From Guillardia theta CCMP2712 (taxonomy: Eukaryota > Protista > Cryptophyta): a DNA stretch of 64,000 bases. The stretch is taken from assembly GCF_000315625.1 (NCBI RefSeq), contig NW_005434640.1, positions 1 to 64,000 on the forward strand, written 5' to 3'. Positions 1-18,870 of the stretch are shown one piece after another; within the stretch, counting starts at the first letter, position 1; each line of letters begins with the position of its first letter. The position numbers were made by a program, and so were the translations under genes. Under the pieces are notes generated by a model. It had not been told where the DNA came from, did no database searches, and saw nothing but the letters and a program-made list of their open reading frames with translations.

Positions 1-200
1 TCCTCCTCCTTCCTCCTCCTCCTCCTTCCTCCCTCCCTTCTCTCGTCTCTCCCTCCTCTTCGTACTCTTCCTCTCTCCGTCTTCCTCCTCCTCCCCCGCC
101 TCTCCGCCTCTCCGTCTTCCGCCCATCGCCTCCGCCCTCCGCCCTTCCTCATTCTCTCCTCCCTGCCCCCGTCTCCCTCTCATCGTTAGCTGTCTCGCAG

Positions 201-659
201 GCCCTTAAGGAAGATGTACATTACTCGATGAGAAACCCAAAGTGCACTCGCCTATGTCACAACGAAAACATGGTACCTAGTATCCCTCCTGCTCCCTGCT
301 CCCTGCTCCCTGCTCCCTGCTCCCTGCTTGCGTGATCCTTTCTCCTCATCTTTATCTTCTCCTTCCCTTCCCGCCTCTCATCTCCCTCTGACTCTTGCTC
401 AACTTCTTTCCTCTTCTCCCTACCAACTTATTCTTTCCCCTGCACCCCCATCATCTTTCTTCGATATCTCCTACATATGCGCAAAGGATGTTGCTCCCTC
501 CCTCCCTCCCTCCCTCCCTCCCTCCTCTCCCTCCTCTCCCTCCTCGCCCCTTTCCTTCACCCCTCTCCTTCACCCTTCTTATTGAGTAACGGGACGTTCA
601 AGGGCCTTGACATGCTTGGCAGGTGGTGGTGGGGACACTGGAAGGCGGTTTGTATCTAA
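201..659 (+). CDS. 3' exons of a gene that begins upstream of the window (hypothetical protein)
   Basis: Acceptor cag at 198-200; exon reads ALKEDVHYSMRNPSALAYVTTKT; donor gtacct. The final exon after ggcag gives WWWWGHWKAVCI-stop (TAA ends 659) in a compatible phase. Confidence 0.4.
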
Positions 660-1685
660 TAGATGTATACTGAATGAAACCTTTTCTGTGTTTGCTTTCT
701 ACACCCCCGCTTGACAAACATTTGAGATGTAGATTCTGAATCGCTCACATTCTGGACAACCATCATCGTTGTCGCACCCTATACTGAGTAACCATCTTTC
801 TTCTCCGCTCACATTGCTCCAGTTTACCTCCCCTCCTCCTCTCCCTGCCTTACCTCGCTGTTCCACTCTCCCCCTTCCCACCACTCGACACATCATCCCA
901 CTTCACCTCCTGCCCCTCCTCCTCTCCTCCTCTGCCATTTCCTTCCTCTTCCCGCCATTTCTTGCGTCTCTTCGTCATCTCGCAGCAGCTCATCGCTGTC
1001 CGACCATTCCCACCTGCCCCGGCCGCATTGTCGGGGAGATTGCAAGGAGTACCCCACCCCCCCTCAGCATCAACGACCGTCTTTGATATACCACCCTCAC
1101 CTGCCTGTCAACTTTGTACTACCCTGCTGTACCCCCCACCCCCCTTTCCCTTACCAACCTCTACCAAGACAATATACCCCCTACCCCTGCTTAATCATAT
1201 CTACCCCCAACTCCCACCTACCCCCCGACCAATCGCTATACCCTTTTTGTACCCTACCCTACCACCCGATACGATCCCTTCTTACTACCCGTCTATCATC
1301 TTTTTTTCTGCATAAGTAGACAACTAGACCACCCCCTCGGTTGATATCTTCATCATACCCCCACCCCTCTCCAAATAGTGAAGAACCCCGGTATTGCGAG
1401 TACCCCACCCCTCAACGAGCCCCCAATCAGATCACCACCCGCCTCAGATACTCCATCAGCGACGCCATCCGTTGCCTGCGTTTTTCCCGGAAGAGCTCCT
1501 TAAAAATTTCAAATATTCGAATATTTTTGTTATAATTACAAATTAAGAAACAATATTCATTCTGAGGTTTCAAAAGCGCCTAGGTAACGCCCAGTCCGAA
1601 TCTTGGAGGCACACTTGGACAAAGGACTATGGCAGGCCGGCCAGCGCCGCCGGCTGAACGTCGTAGAGTGTCGGGAGGGTGGGAC

Positions 1686-4600
1686 ATGGCAGGGATAACG
1701 GGAGTTAGCATCAACCATGTTGGAACAGACCAACATGCGCGGCAGAGGCCCAAGTCGGCGCTCGTAGGAAGGAAGATCGTCGGCCATGGAAGGTGAGGAC
1801 AATTTTGAACTTGTGTCGCTGCCCGAAGTGTTGGTTCGAGGCTGTTGAGCTATGTTCTCGTCTTGTCTGGTTTCTTTTCCTGTCTTCTCGTTGAATCTTC
1901 TGGTTTGCCTCATTCCATGTAGCTCAGCCCTCTGCTCCCATCACCTCCATGGCTTCCCATTGTTGACCTTGCCTCCATGCTTTGAGCTCGGTACTGAGCG
2001 TGCTTGCCTTTCTGGACGCGACATGTGCTGAACTACTTGGCACGTGTCCTGTGACAGTTGATCCTCTCTTCCTTGCTGCATGCCCATCCTCATCGCTGTC
2101 TCTGTAGTCCTCTCAGCTGGACCCCATCGTCGTTCACGGTGCGCTAACGTGTTTTCAGCAACATCGTGCCCTACAAGACAGAGACGAATGGTTGCGGCAC
2201 GGAGGACGGAGGAAGTTTCCGCAAGACGTCGTCGGTCCCGATCATCTACCCGCAGGAGAGGCACAGCATCTCAGGAGCAGACCCTTCGAAGCAAATCAAC
2301 GGTTCTTGCGAGCTCCTGGGCATCAAAATCCGACCCCTCAGCGCTTTCACGACGTCTAGTGGGATGAAAGGAGCCGCGTCCGCTACTGAGAAGGTGAGAA
2401 GGGGATGCAGAGTGAGAGCAGGAGCCGAGGGGATTAGAGAGCAAGGGGAGGGGAGGGGAGGGGACAGTGGGAGAGCTGGGGAGGGGGAAGAGGAGAGGGG
2501 GAGGGGAGGAAGAGTGAGGAGGGATGTAAGAGGAGGGAGGAGAGTCTTAGTTGATGGTGCTCCTGCAGTTTGAGATTGAGGAGCTGAAGAAGGAGATCCT
2601 TGAGATCACCAGGAGGCTGAACACGATGAAGGACATGTCAACGGTGCAGCTTCAGGCACAGGTGTTGTGCAGTGGGTTGATGAGACGGAGGCCATGCTCA
2701 AAAGGTTCGTGTGTACCAGCGACCCGACGCAGGTGAGGGCTGCGAGCATGGCAGGGGAGGAGGCGGTGAGAGGTTCGGGCAGGTGCACATGGCCAAGAGC
2801 TCGCTCATGGCGCTCGTGCTCCAGAGGCACGAGGAGTTCCAGCGGTTTGCGCTGTGTGAGATAGGAGGAGTAATGGTGGAGAATGGCGGAGGTCAGTCGC
2901 TTCGGGGGGGCTGGGGCGAGGATGCAGGACCCGTCTGAAGGTGCTGGACAACCTGGTGGAGAAGGTGAGAGGAGAGCATGCTCGCTTGCTGCTTTGACTC
3001 GAAGCAGGCCAAGGAGCTCCACCATGAGGCTCTGGAGAAGGGGAAGGAGCATGTGAGCGCTGTGGAGGCCCTGCAGACGGCCCAGCTGGAGATCAGGAAG
3101 CTGACGGAGGAGCGAGAGCTGCTACGAGCCACCCTGTCGCACGCGAGCAAGTCCAAGGGAGGAAGCATGCAGATCATTCGGCCGTTCTCGGCGTCGAGGG
3201 TGAAGGAGAAGCCCGTGGAATCGCAGCTGGAGAAGAGCTGCTCGGGCTGCGAGACGCTGGAAGAGCAGCTGAAGGAGAGCAGGGGGAAGCTGGTGGGGGC
3301 GAGGAGGGAGGTGGAGGGGCTGGAGGAGAAGGTGGCTGGGCTGCAGCGGGAGAAGGAGGAGCTTCTGGCGCTAAAGTTGAGCCTAGAGCAGAGGAACGCC
3401 ATGGCGAGAAAGTCGGGTGAGGAGATACCAGCTGGGGTGAAGGATTTGGAGGAGCTGAGAAAGAAGGTAGCGGCGCTGGAGAAGACGTTGAAGGGGAAGG
3501 AGGAGGAGGTGCGAGCAGCCAAGAAGAAGGCGGAGGAGGAGGCGGGGAAGAGTGCGAAGCTGGCGAAGGAGGTGAAGGACAAGGGCGAGCGGATCAAGGA
3601 GCTGGAGAAGCTTCTGGGGGAGAGCAACAGCAAGGTGGAGGAGGGAGGGAGGGAGGGAAGGAGGAGGGAGGGAGAGAGGCTGGGAGGGAGGGAGGGAGGG
3701 AGGGAGGGTAGGTGGTTGGCAGAGCGGGTGGTTGGGTTGTTGGCAGAGCGCTCCTGGAGCTGACGGGGTGAGCAGGTGAACGTGCTGGAGAAGAGGATCA
3801 ACGACTTGTCGCTGAACATGCAGGCCAACGACGAGAGCAACGACAGTGCGTTCCAGAGAGAGCGGCAGCTGCTGAAGCAGATCGAGCTGCTGACGCAGGA
3901 GATGACGGAGGCGAGGAAGGAGGCGGAGAGGTCGCAGGAGAGGGTCAAGGTGGTGCAGAGAGAGAAGGAGGAGGCGCTGGAGGCGCTGGGGGGCCTGAAG
4001 AGGAGGATCAAGGAGGAGGCGGACGAGTCGGATGCGATCCAGAAGAAGCTGATAGCGGAGATGAAGCAGCTCAAGGAGCAGCTGGGCTCGAGCCAGCGAG
4101 AGGTTGCGAGCAGAGACAAGACGATCGGGCAGCTTGAAGTCAGCGTGAGGAACGGGAAGGTGGGGAAGAGGAGCCGAGCACGCGCAGCCGGGTAATTGTG
4201 TGCGTTGCTGCAGGACAAGATCTCAGAGCTGGAGGAAGAAATTCAGGCGCTGAAGGGGTTGATGGGGAAGAAGGATGAAGCTGAAGAGCTGAGAGGAAAG
4301 GTCAGGATTGCACCACCCTCCTCCTTCTCCTCCTCCTGCTCTCCTCCTCCTCCTCCTCCTCTCCTTCTTCTCCTCTCCTCCTCCTCCCTTCTTCTCACTA
4401 TTCCTCCCTTCTCCTCTCCCCTCTAACTGCTTCTTCACCTTCCTGCCTTTCTTCTCATCATCCCTCCTCCTCCCTCGCGCGCTGACTGGGGGCGTGCAGG
4501 TTGGGCAGCTTCTCAGCTCCAACGGGGAGCTCAAAGACAAGGTGACGGTCCTGGGCAGCGAGAAATCCGCGCTGGAGGGGGAGGTAGGAAGTCCTTCCTG

Positions 4601-5394
4601 CTGCTGCTGCTGCTCTGACGCTCAGCAGCTCTCAGTGCTGAGGAAGAAGTGGGACGGGAGGGAGAGGGAGTGGCGGCAGGAGGTGGAGAGGACGGAGGCG
4701 GAGCAGAAGAAGGAGCGGGCGGCGCTGGCGGAGAGGGTCAGGCTGCTGGAGGGGAGGAGCAGCGAGTGGGAGAAGGGCAAGGCAGAGTTGCTACAGCTGA
4801 GAGAGAGACTCAAGGAAGTAGAGGTGCTTTCCTCCCTCGCCCCGTTCCCCTCCTCCTCCTCCTCCTCCCCCATCCCCTCCCCCTCCTCCTCGTCCTTCTC
4901 GCTTTCGTTCTCGTCTCTCCCTCCATTCCCTCTCCATTTCTCTCTTTGCCCCCTCCCGCCCCTCCCCTTCCTCCATCCACTCGCTGATTCTGATTTCTCG
5001 ATCGTTGTGGCAGAAGGAAGGCAAGGACTCCTCGAGTAACTTGTTCTTGTCCTGCCTTGTCCTGCTCCTCACATCCCAGCAGGCAAAGAGCTGGACATGA
5101 AAATCCTCAAAGATGAAGTCGCTTCCCTCCAGCAGGTCGATACACCCTCCGCCTCCTTCTTGCCTGCCTGCCGCCTTTCCTGTGCTCTTCCTCCAGCTCC
5201 TCCTGTTCAGAGCTCTCCCTCCCTCCCTCACCCTCTCCTCCTCTCCTTTCCCTCCCTCCCTCACCCTCTCCTCCTCTGCTCTCGCCCTCTGGCCCTCTCC
5301 TTTCCCTTCCCTCCCCCTCAACAATCTCGCAGGCGCTACAGCAGCTGCAGCAGCAGCATGACGGCGCTCAGAGTCGATGCGTTGACCTGGAGGG
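1686..5394 (+). CDS. Multi-exon long coiled-coil protein; 3' end runs into the assembly gap
   Basis: ATG 1686 (MAGITGVSINHVGTDQHARQRPKSAL...) splices in frame (gtgagg...tttcag) to an exon at ~2160 (SNIVPYKTETNG...). E/K/L-rich heptad exons follow at ~2570, 3008-3633, 3777-4140, 4215-4300 and 4630-4820, with GT-AG junctions and CTGAC branch points. Confidence 0.75.
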
Positions 5395-5970
5395 NNNNNN
5401 NNNNNNNNNNNNNNNNNNNNNNNNNNNNNNNNNNNNNNNNNNNNNNNNNNNNNNNNNNNNNNNNNNNNNNNNNNNNNNNNNNNNNNNNNNNNNNNNNNNN
5501 NNNNNNNNNNNNNNNNNNNNNNNNNNNNNNNNNNNNNNNNNNNNNNNNNNNNNNNNNNNNNNNNNNNNNNNNNNNNNNNNNNNNNNNNNNNNNNNNNNNN
5601 NNNNNNNNNNNNNNNNNNNNNNNNNNNNNNNNNNNNNNNNNNNNNNNNNNNNNNNNNNNNNNNNNNNNNNNNNNNNNNNNNNNNNNNNNNNNNNNNNNNN
5701 NNNNNNNNNNNNNNNNNNNNNNNNNNNNNNNNNNNNNNNNNNNNNNNNNNNNNNNNNNNNNNNNNNNNNNNNNNNNNNNNNNNNNNNNNNNNNNNNNNNN
5801 NNNNNNNNNNNNNNNNNNNNNNNNNNNNNNNNNNNNNNNNNNNNNNNNNNNNNNNNNNNNNNNNNNNNNNNNNNNNNNNNNNNNNNNNNNNNNNNNNNNN
5901 NNNNNNNNNNNNNNNNNNNNNNNNNNNNNNNNNNNNNNNNNNNNNNNNNNNNNNNNNNNNNNNNNNNNNN
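5395..5970. other. Assembly gap (N run)
   Basis: Run of N. Confidence 1.
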
Positions 5971-6217
5971 CTCTCTCTCCTTCCTTCTTGTTGTCTCCTC
6001 CTCTCACAACTTCTTTGTCTCTACGTCCCACTTCCTCTTACCATTATTGTTCTTCTACTCTCCTGTCTTGTATTCTCTCCTTTCCTCCTCCTCTCCTCTC
6101 CTCTCCTCTTCTCTCCTCTCCTCTCCTCTCCTCTCCTCTCCTCTCGGTGCAACATCATCTTGTACATTATTCGATATTATTTTCTAGCTACACGTGTACG
6201 GCAACGAGCATCAAGAA

Positions 6218-12346
<6,129 letters not shown>

Positions 12347-12544
12347 AGCAGCGAGTTGATCCTGTTCCCGCCTTCCCCCATCACACCTCCATTTGCAGAC
12401 CTTGCCTCTACCTGTCTACCCCCCTCCCCCTACTCTGTTTTTTTCGATTGAGATACTAATAGAAAACTTCAATCCTCGTACCAAGCCGATCCAACCAGAC
12501 GTGAGTTTAACGGCTGCAAGGCCTTTCTTTTCCGTCTTGGTCGA

Positions 12545-13200
12545 TGCCGGGTTCCCGCCCGGCCAAGCCGGCTGCTACTAGCGGCGGCTCGGCCGGGCCC
12601 GGGCCCGGGGCCCCCGCTTCCGAAGTTCAAGGCTTCGATCGGACGGTCTGACAGCCGCAGCTCGGAGTGCCGGGTCCATCGCACTGAGGGGCGGCGGGCC
12701 CGGTTTCGGAGTTCGAGCCACGGCGGGCCGTGCAAGCGGCTCGGGCATGGCCGCCGCGCGCCCGGGATGATGCAGCCTGCGGGCCGCGGCCCCCCGGTGC
12801 CCCTCAGTCCCGGAAGGAATGAATCTCGTACCGGCGTGCCCGGCACCGGAACTTCCTCCCGGGAGTCCGGTCCTGCGGACTGCCAGTGGGCCGGCGCCGC
12901 CCGGGCCCGGGCCGGCGCCTTCGCGATCAGGCCCCGGCCGTCTGATCGGACTCCGGGATCATCGGATGGCAGGGCCGCATAGTAGCCTGGTTTTACTCTA
13001 GTACTACCGTACCGTATGAACTTCGGAACTTCCGAACTTCGGAACTTCCGAACTCGGCATTGATGACCGGATCTTCTTTACTCACTTGAAGGGCTATTAG
13101 TACTCTTTACTCAAAGTTAGTACTAGTATGCGGCTCCGAGGCTCGGTTTACTAAACTTTCCGAAGTCTCTCAGTTTACTAGTGGCCCTTTACAGCGGCTA
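12545..13200. repeat. Intergenic palindromic-word island
   Basis: Dense CCGG, GGCC, CCCGGG, GTAC, AGTACT, ACTAGT and CGATCG; tandem AACTTCGGAACTTCCG at 13019-13053. Confidence 0.75.
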
Positions 13201-14352
13201 GAAGAACCAGCTTGTCATCAGGTCATGATGCTGATCCGATCAGGTGCAAGTTGGATGGACCCGGCCTCATGGTAAGGCAGTGGGACTTCCGAACGTCTAA
13301 CAGTCTTTGACCGGCGAAGGTCACTTAACATTGATAAGTAAAAATAGAACGGTACCAACTCGTGTCGGGATGGCCGACGGTCACGATTGCTACCGTAGTT
13401 TTAGAGTGAATGTGGTTCGGAACCTCTGCCGATGAAATATTTGAAATGATGGGATCAAACTTCAAAATTCACAACATAATATCCACTTTCAGTTCAAATG
13501 TTTTATGAGTCTCGGGGCGAAGCGTTCTTTACTACAACCTTTACAAATCTGGGGTTGAGTACCCCGTGGCCTCCCAGATCCACCCCTTCCTACCCGCGGC
13601 CACTGGTGGATTATAAGAGATTATCTCCTCAACCCCCCTTTTCCCTCTTCTTTCCCACACTTTTGTGTCTCACAAGGGGGTGGTCAGGCGTACGGTGGGG
13701 TGACCTTATCCATGTGGAGGGGTCCGTCGTCAAGCAGCATGGCTGACATCGACCTTCGGAACGCAGAAAGGACTCGAGGTAGGGTGGGATCAAGGAGAAT
13801 GATCACATAACGGATAGGGAAAATGACGGGGTAGTAAGTCTGGAATGAACGGGTAGGTATTGTTCTATCCTTGATCTTCAACATGTGCCAGGGGGTGGGG
13901 TGGTGAGTGCTGATCTTGAGAAGTAAACTTCAGACCCTTTGATGTCAGCCCAGGGTTGCTGTAGGAAGGGGGTAGTACCCCTGGAGCAAAGCATTCCGCT
14001 GTCCACCCCCCCGGGGTACATGGTTAATTATTCTCCGAAATCACCCCGCACCAAATCGATAAATAGGGGGTGGGGTTGTGTCATCGACCCCTGTGACTTG
14101 AAACGACGTGTTCTCGGAACGTTTTGTGACTACCGGAAGAGGGTGAGGTGGAGAGGATGAGAAGGGGATAACAGTAATCCGGTCAGGCAGCAGACGGACA
14201 CAGTCACGCGAACCAAACCTTAGAGCATCTGTCACCTATTCAAGATCTGCTCCTGCTTGCCTTATCACCTACCATCAACTTGATCAGCAAACAAACTCTA
14301 TCTACAAACTCTCCTCCATCGTTCGTTTTCACCGTCAAATCTGATATTTGTC

Positions 14353-14919
14353 ATGGTTTCATACGAAGAAAGGGAATCCTGCAAGAAGGTGCAGGCATGG
14401 CTTGCGAATGCCCAGGTCGATGCAGAAGAAATACAAGCTGCCTCTACTCAATCTAGCCTGGTTGGCAACCGTAGGCGAATTCTCCTTGCTCCCCCCGAGG
14501 AGCCCCCAGCGGAGCAGGAAACCGCGCCTGCTCCCAACATGTTAGACATGTTTACGTCGGTACTTACCCTGGCTCCAAGAGCGCCGGAGTCACCACATTC
14601 CTTGCAAGAGCCACCGTGCGTCCCGCCATCGCCTGCAAATAGCAATGTCTCTTCCTCGTCCTTTCAGCAGCTGGGGGAGGCGCTCTCGGGGCTGAGCGAG
14701 CACGTCTTGCAATCAGGCATTCTGAGGTCAGGATTCAACTCTCTCTTTGAGAAACCGAGCACGCCAGACAACACGAAACAGATGCTCGCTCGCAGCATCG
14801 ACGTCGCACACTTCAATGCAGCTCAACAGAGGCGAAGGTCGACTTGCTCCATGCCGTCTTCAACAAGACCTGGGACAAGAAATGGGACAACAACCAAGCG
14901 TCTTAGTCGATGTAATTAG
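14353..14919 (+). CDS. Intronless hypothetical protein (188 aa, S/P-rich)
   Basis: ATG-initiated ORF of normal composition, preceded by a pyrimidine-rich leader and a TACCCC/GGGGTA-rich region (13550-14080), followed by an AT-rich 3' region. Confidence 0.6.
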   Translation: MVSYEERESCKKVQAWLANAQVDAEEIQAASTQSSLVGNRRRILLAPPEEPPAEQETAPAPNMLDMFTSVLTLAPRAPESPHSLQEPPCVPPSPANSNVSSSSFQQLGEALSGLSEHVLQSGILRSGFNSLFEKPSTPDNTKQMLARSIDVAHFNAAQQRRRSTCSMPSSTRPGTRNGTTTKRLSRCN

Positions 14920-15119
14920 GAAGTCTATATAGATTGTACATCAAAACTATATGTAAAGCAATCAATGGCGATCATAACAAGAATCTTCAAATTTAAGCTC
15001 AAATACCAAGATTCCTGATTTCAAATCTAGACTGATGTCTAAGAGCACCGGCAGCTCGAAACTACATGTTCGGGCTGAGTTTGCCATAGGTCAGTGAACC
15101 CTGTAGCAGTTTCTGCTTT

Positions 15120-15920
15120 TGTTTTGGGGACAGCAGTTCGCAGGATTGGGGTTGGTTCTCCGAGGCTGTCTTTTCAAGTTGCCTTCCGAACTTCAGGCTC
15201 ACCGTTTGGCCTCAGTGCGACAGGCCGCCGGCCGCACATTCTGTAGTTTTTTGGCTGAGAGCCTCGGAGTGTCCGTCAGCCGGGTACGGTCACTGTCAAG
15301 CCGCCTTCTCGACTCTCTGACGTATGAGCTCGAGTCAGACTCAGCATATAAGAGACTCCCGTCTCTTGCAGTCACTGCCTCTCATTCAATGCCAGCCCGC
15401 CCGGCGCCGGTGGGTTTAGCGCCGGGCTGACTGGCTCCGAGGCTCGGAGTGAGGCTCAGCGAGTGATAGCGGCATCGGCGGCCCGCCTGAGCACGTCACT
15501 GAGTCACGGTCGGAGGCGAGTCACGGGCCGAGGGCCCGGCGGCGTCACCCGGTGACCGCGCCGGGCGGCCCCCGCGGCCCGGGGCGGCCCGGCCGCCGGG
15601 GCCGCCGCCGCCGCCGTGCCGGGCGGCCGGGCCCGCCGGGCCCAGCCCCGGGGGCCCCCGGCAGTGCCAGTGCCGCCACGGCGGCCGCCGCGGCCGGGCG
15701 GCGCCGGGCGGCCCGCCCGGAGCCTCCTCAGGCTCGGACTCGGCCCGCCGGAGGGCCTGTCCGACCGCGGCGGGCCCGCGGGCTGGGCCGCCGCCGGCCC
15801 CGGTGCGGCGCCCCGACCGGGTGTGTACGGTACTACCGTCACCAACTGAGTCGGGCCCCGCCGAACTTCGGAACTTCCACGGCACATTCGGCCGCAGTCA
15901 CGTAGTACGGAGTACCGTCA
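15120..15920. repeat. Intergenic palindromic-word island containing a dispersed element homologous (inverted) to 35285-35485
   Basis: TTGGGGACAGCAGTTCGCAGGATTGGGGTTGGTTCTC ... GTGTCCGTCAGCCGGG ... TCAAGCC ... CTCGACTCTC matches the reverse complement of 35365-35482; the core at 15480-15860 is extremely GC-rich. Confidence 0.8.
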
Positions 15921-16088
15921 TGGCATCAAGTTCCGATTGAATAAATCAACTCATGATTAGTCAATTTGTGTCACTATAGTGTTTTTAACTTAACTTTGTT
16001 TTTAAAGATTTGGAGAGAACCCCTTGACCGGGTTCCATAGTCAACACGGCACCGCCTATAGTCAAGTGAGGGCTTGATGGCCCCCTCC

Positions 16089-17040
16089 ATGCTGGTGGGA
16101 AGTTGGCTTGGAGGTGAGAGGCGGAACCTGGTCGTGGGTACGCTCTTGGCATGCATGCTAGCCGACGTGAAAGATGCTCATGGAGTCGCAAGCGTCATGC
16201 CCTTAAGTCGAGCGAGCGAGGCCCGTCCTCTGGTACAACCCACCTTGGTTCGAGAGGGTCTGCAAAAATTTGTCACGTTTGTGTTGCCGCTGTCAGAGCG
16301 CGCATGGATTGAGCGCCCTGACGTATCGTGCTGTTCTTCAAGTCCTACCACGTCAAATGTGCAGTTCACAAAGAAAGTGAAGCTCGAAAATGTAGTGAGA
16401 GTGCGAAGAAACCAGGTTCACGATGTCGCTTTCCACGGAACGAGCAGGCGAATGCCAAAGCGCAGTGAAAACTCACCTGAGAGTCAGATAACAAACCAGT
16501 ACACTGGACGACATTATGATGAAAAGGTAAGAATATGCACTATGAGTCGTTGATGTGTAACATTACCTTGCCTGTCTTCTCTTCGTTGCAACTTCTTGAT
16601 TGAAATCTACAATTTCAGGACTTGGTGGAAGAGGAGAATGCTGGAGGCGACATTGATATCATAGAGTTATCTGAAGATGATTATGAGATCATCAGCCATG
16701 CAGGCTCAATACCGAAGAGGAAGGGAAAAGGAGCTCTGGCAAAGACGATTGCAGGCTCTGGCGATCGTTCGATCACTGACGGGGGTGTGTGAAGTGGTTC
16801 GTTGTTCTTTCTCCCGGTTGTGACGAGTTTGTCAGGGAATGACGATCTTCACTGCATGACGGTCGTTCAACTCAAGGAAATCTGCCGATCGCAGAAACTG
16901 AAGCTAACGGTAAGCTCCGCTGCTCAGTGTGCTCTCCTGTGATGTTGGCCGTTGAAATGAAGGGGAAGAAACAAGAGTTGATAGACAGGATTCGGGGAAA
17001 TTCGCAGCAAGCACAAGAAGTTGTGAACAATGCAAGGTAA
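16089..17040 (+). CDS. SAP-domain protein (about 4 exons)
   Basis: Splicing out intron 16910-16962 (gtaagc...aag) gives MTVVQLKEICRSQKLKLT|GKKQELIDRI, a canonical SAP motif. Upstream exons at ~16089-16526 and ~16619-16786. Start codon uncertain. Confidence 0.75.
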
Positions 17041-17370
17041 CCGAGGAGGAACAGGTGGGCGGAAGCAACCGTCGAGCTGGTCTCATTTGTAATACAATTT
17101 TTTTCATGACAAATTAAGTGCTTCGAATGAAGATTGGACACAACTGATTTTCGAAAATCACTCACTCACCTGTTCTATGGTTGACTTGATGCAACATCCA
17201 TATATGGAATTGAGATGATACCACTCAAGTGAATTCGGTGCATACAAACACTCAAAACTTTATATTCACACAAACTAACACAAAAATCAACGTTGGAAAT
17301 CTTTCACCAAAATCAACGCCTGAAGAATGAAAACTTAAGAGAAGAATCTCTTGTACCCAAAGAGATTCGA

Positions 17371-18155
17371 TTAACAAGACGCAGTACAACTTTCTTCCAT
17401 CTTCGAGAGGTCGAGACGGTATTCGGCTAGTTTTCGCTCGCATTTTGCAATCTTCTCCGTCAGGTACAACTTCTCGACTTGACGTTCTTGGGCAGACAGC
17501 ATCTTATACTCACTCAGTTTCTTCTCATCCACCATCGCTCCATGTTGCGCTTCTCCTGATTCTAAAAGTGAAAGGAGATTGCGATATTTTGCAAGTTTCT
17601 CCTGTCGTTCCTCGATCTTGCCAAGTATTTTCAATCGCTTGTCTTTCGATTCTTTGCGTTTAGTCGGTTGCAGCTGTAATGATTCGACCTTCTGCTCGTC
17701 TACCATCAAGTTGTTTAGATGCATTGCCTCTGGAAGTTTGCCTGACATTATATCCTTCATTTGGGCTAACGCAGCTTCCTTTTCATCGTCACGCAAACCT
17801 TGAAACATCGCAACAACTGTATCAGGCCTGGCTTGCAACCTTGTCGGACATGTCTTGCAGAGCTTGTCAAACTGCTTGGTGAACCTCTCTACAGACTTTC
17901 CTCGACCTTATCGAGCGCACACCGCAGCTGATCTACATGATGAACACGTTCTGTCTTGATCGCAAAGGTGGGCCGAGAGCATGTAACCCACTGCTTCTGC
18001 GATAGAGCTGAGAGTCTTGTCGCTGGGGAGACGACGAAAGCTGTTGTGAGCTGCAACCTTGATCCTCTTCCAACCAGCTCTCTCGTTCCACCCACTCCTC
18101 CTTCCGCCGCCACTGCCGCCACCACCAGCCATAGGGTTGAGACGAGCACAGCCAT
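17371..18155 (-). CDS. Probable plastid-targeted coiled-coil protein with a CxxC motif
   Basis: Signal peptide MAVLVSTLWLVVAAVAA, then TAF and an S/T/R-rich transit-like stretch. A frame change near 17900 (a 41-nt GT-AG intron fits) leads to FDKLCKTCPTRLQARPD and ORF 17371-17838. Confidence 0.6.
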
Positions 18156-18344
18156 TTGCCGCTTCTGCATTCAACTATACCCCACCCCCTGTTTCATGTT
18201 TGCGCTTTTCGGACCCTTAGTTTATTTATGTACTACCCTACCTTTTACCAGTCATTTAGTATCACTTCATACGCTTACCCCCTCCCTGGAGAACATTCCT
18301 ACCCATATTTTTTACACAAGCCACTGCTCAGTGCCTAGTGCCTG

Positions 18345-18870
18345 ACCGTTCACGGTTGTCACCGTGGCACCGTGGCATGACCCGGGCCCGGCGGGTCCGA
18401 GTCACGCCCGATCTCCGGGGCCCGGCCCGCTGCCCCGTGCGGCAGTGCGGCAGGCCTTACTAGTTACCGCCGCCGCTGGGCAGGCATCCAGGCTTGCGGC
18501 GCGGGCGAATCAAGCCCGCCGCCGCGGCGGACTCGAGCCCGCCGGGCCGCCCGGGCTGACTCGTGCCGGCGCGGGGCGGCGCAGCCGCCGCCGGCCTCCG
18601 TCGGAGGCCGGCGCGGCCGGGCTGCAGTCACTGGCACTGAGTGCCAGGATCATCGATCCGATGATCGGCCGCGGGCCGCGACTCAGGCCCTCAGACAGGC
18701 TCCGGCGGGCCCAAGCTGCACACGGCACGGTCACTCTGACTGTCACGGTGCCACAGGCTGGCACGGCCACCGTGACGACGCCCGGCCGGGCCCGCCGCGG
18801 GCCCCCGGCGGGTCACTTACTGAGTGGCAGATCACAGGCTGAGTCATGCGATAGCCGGTACGGTAGACGA
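18345..18870. repeat. Intergenic palindromic-word island
   Basis: CCGG, GGCC, GGGCCC, TGAGTCA, ACTAGT and CGATCG words; CCGTGGCACCGTGGCA is shared with 35253-35270. Confidence 0.75.

Noticed and set aside
1557-1913. 118-aa minus-strand ORF
   Set aside because: It overlaps the first exon and intron of the plus-strand coiled-coil gene, which splices in frame; likely an antisense shadow.
13019-13053. CTTCGG repeats as UUCG-tetraloop ncRNA or terminators
   Set aside because: No consistent flanking stems or U-tracts; better explained as island vocabulary.
15496-15905. A/G/P/R-rich ORFs in islands (also 12469-12982, 18364-18903, 34928-35308, 47549-48073 and 50860-51429)
   Set aside because: Several frames are open simply because of extreme GC content; the composition is not protein-like.
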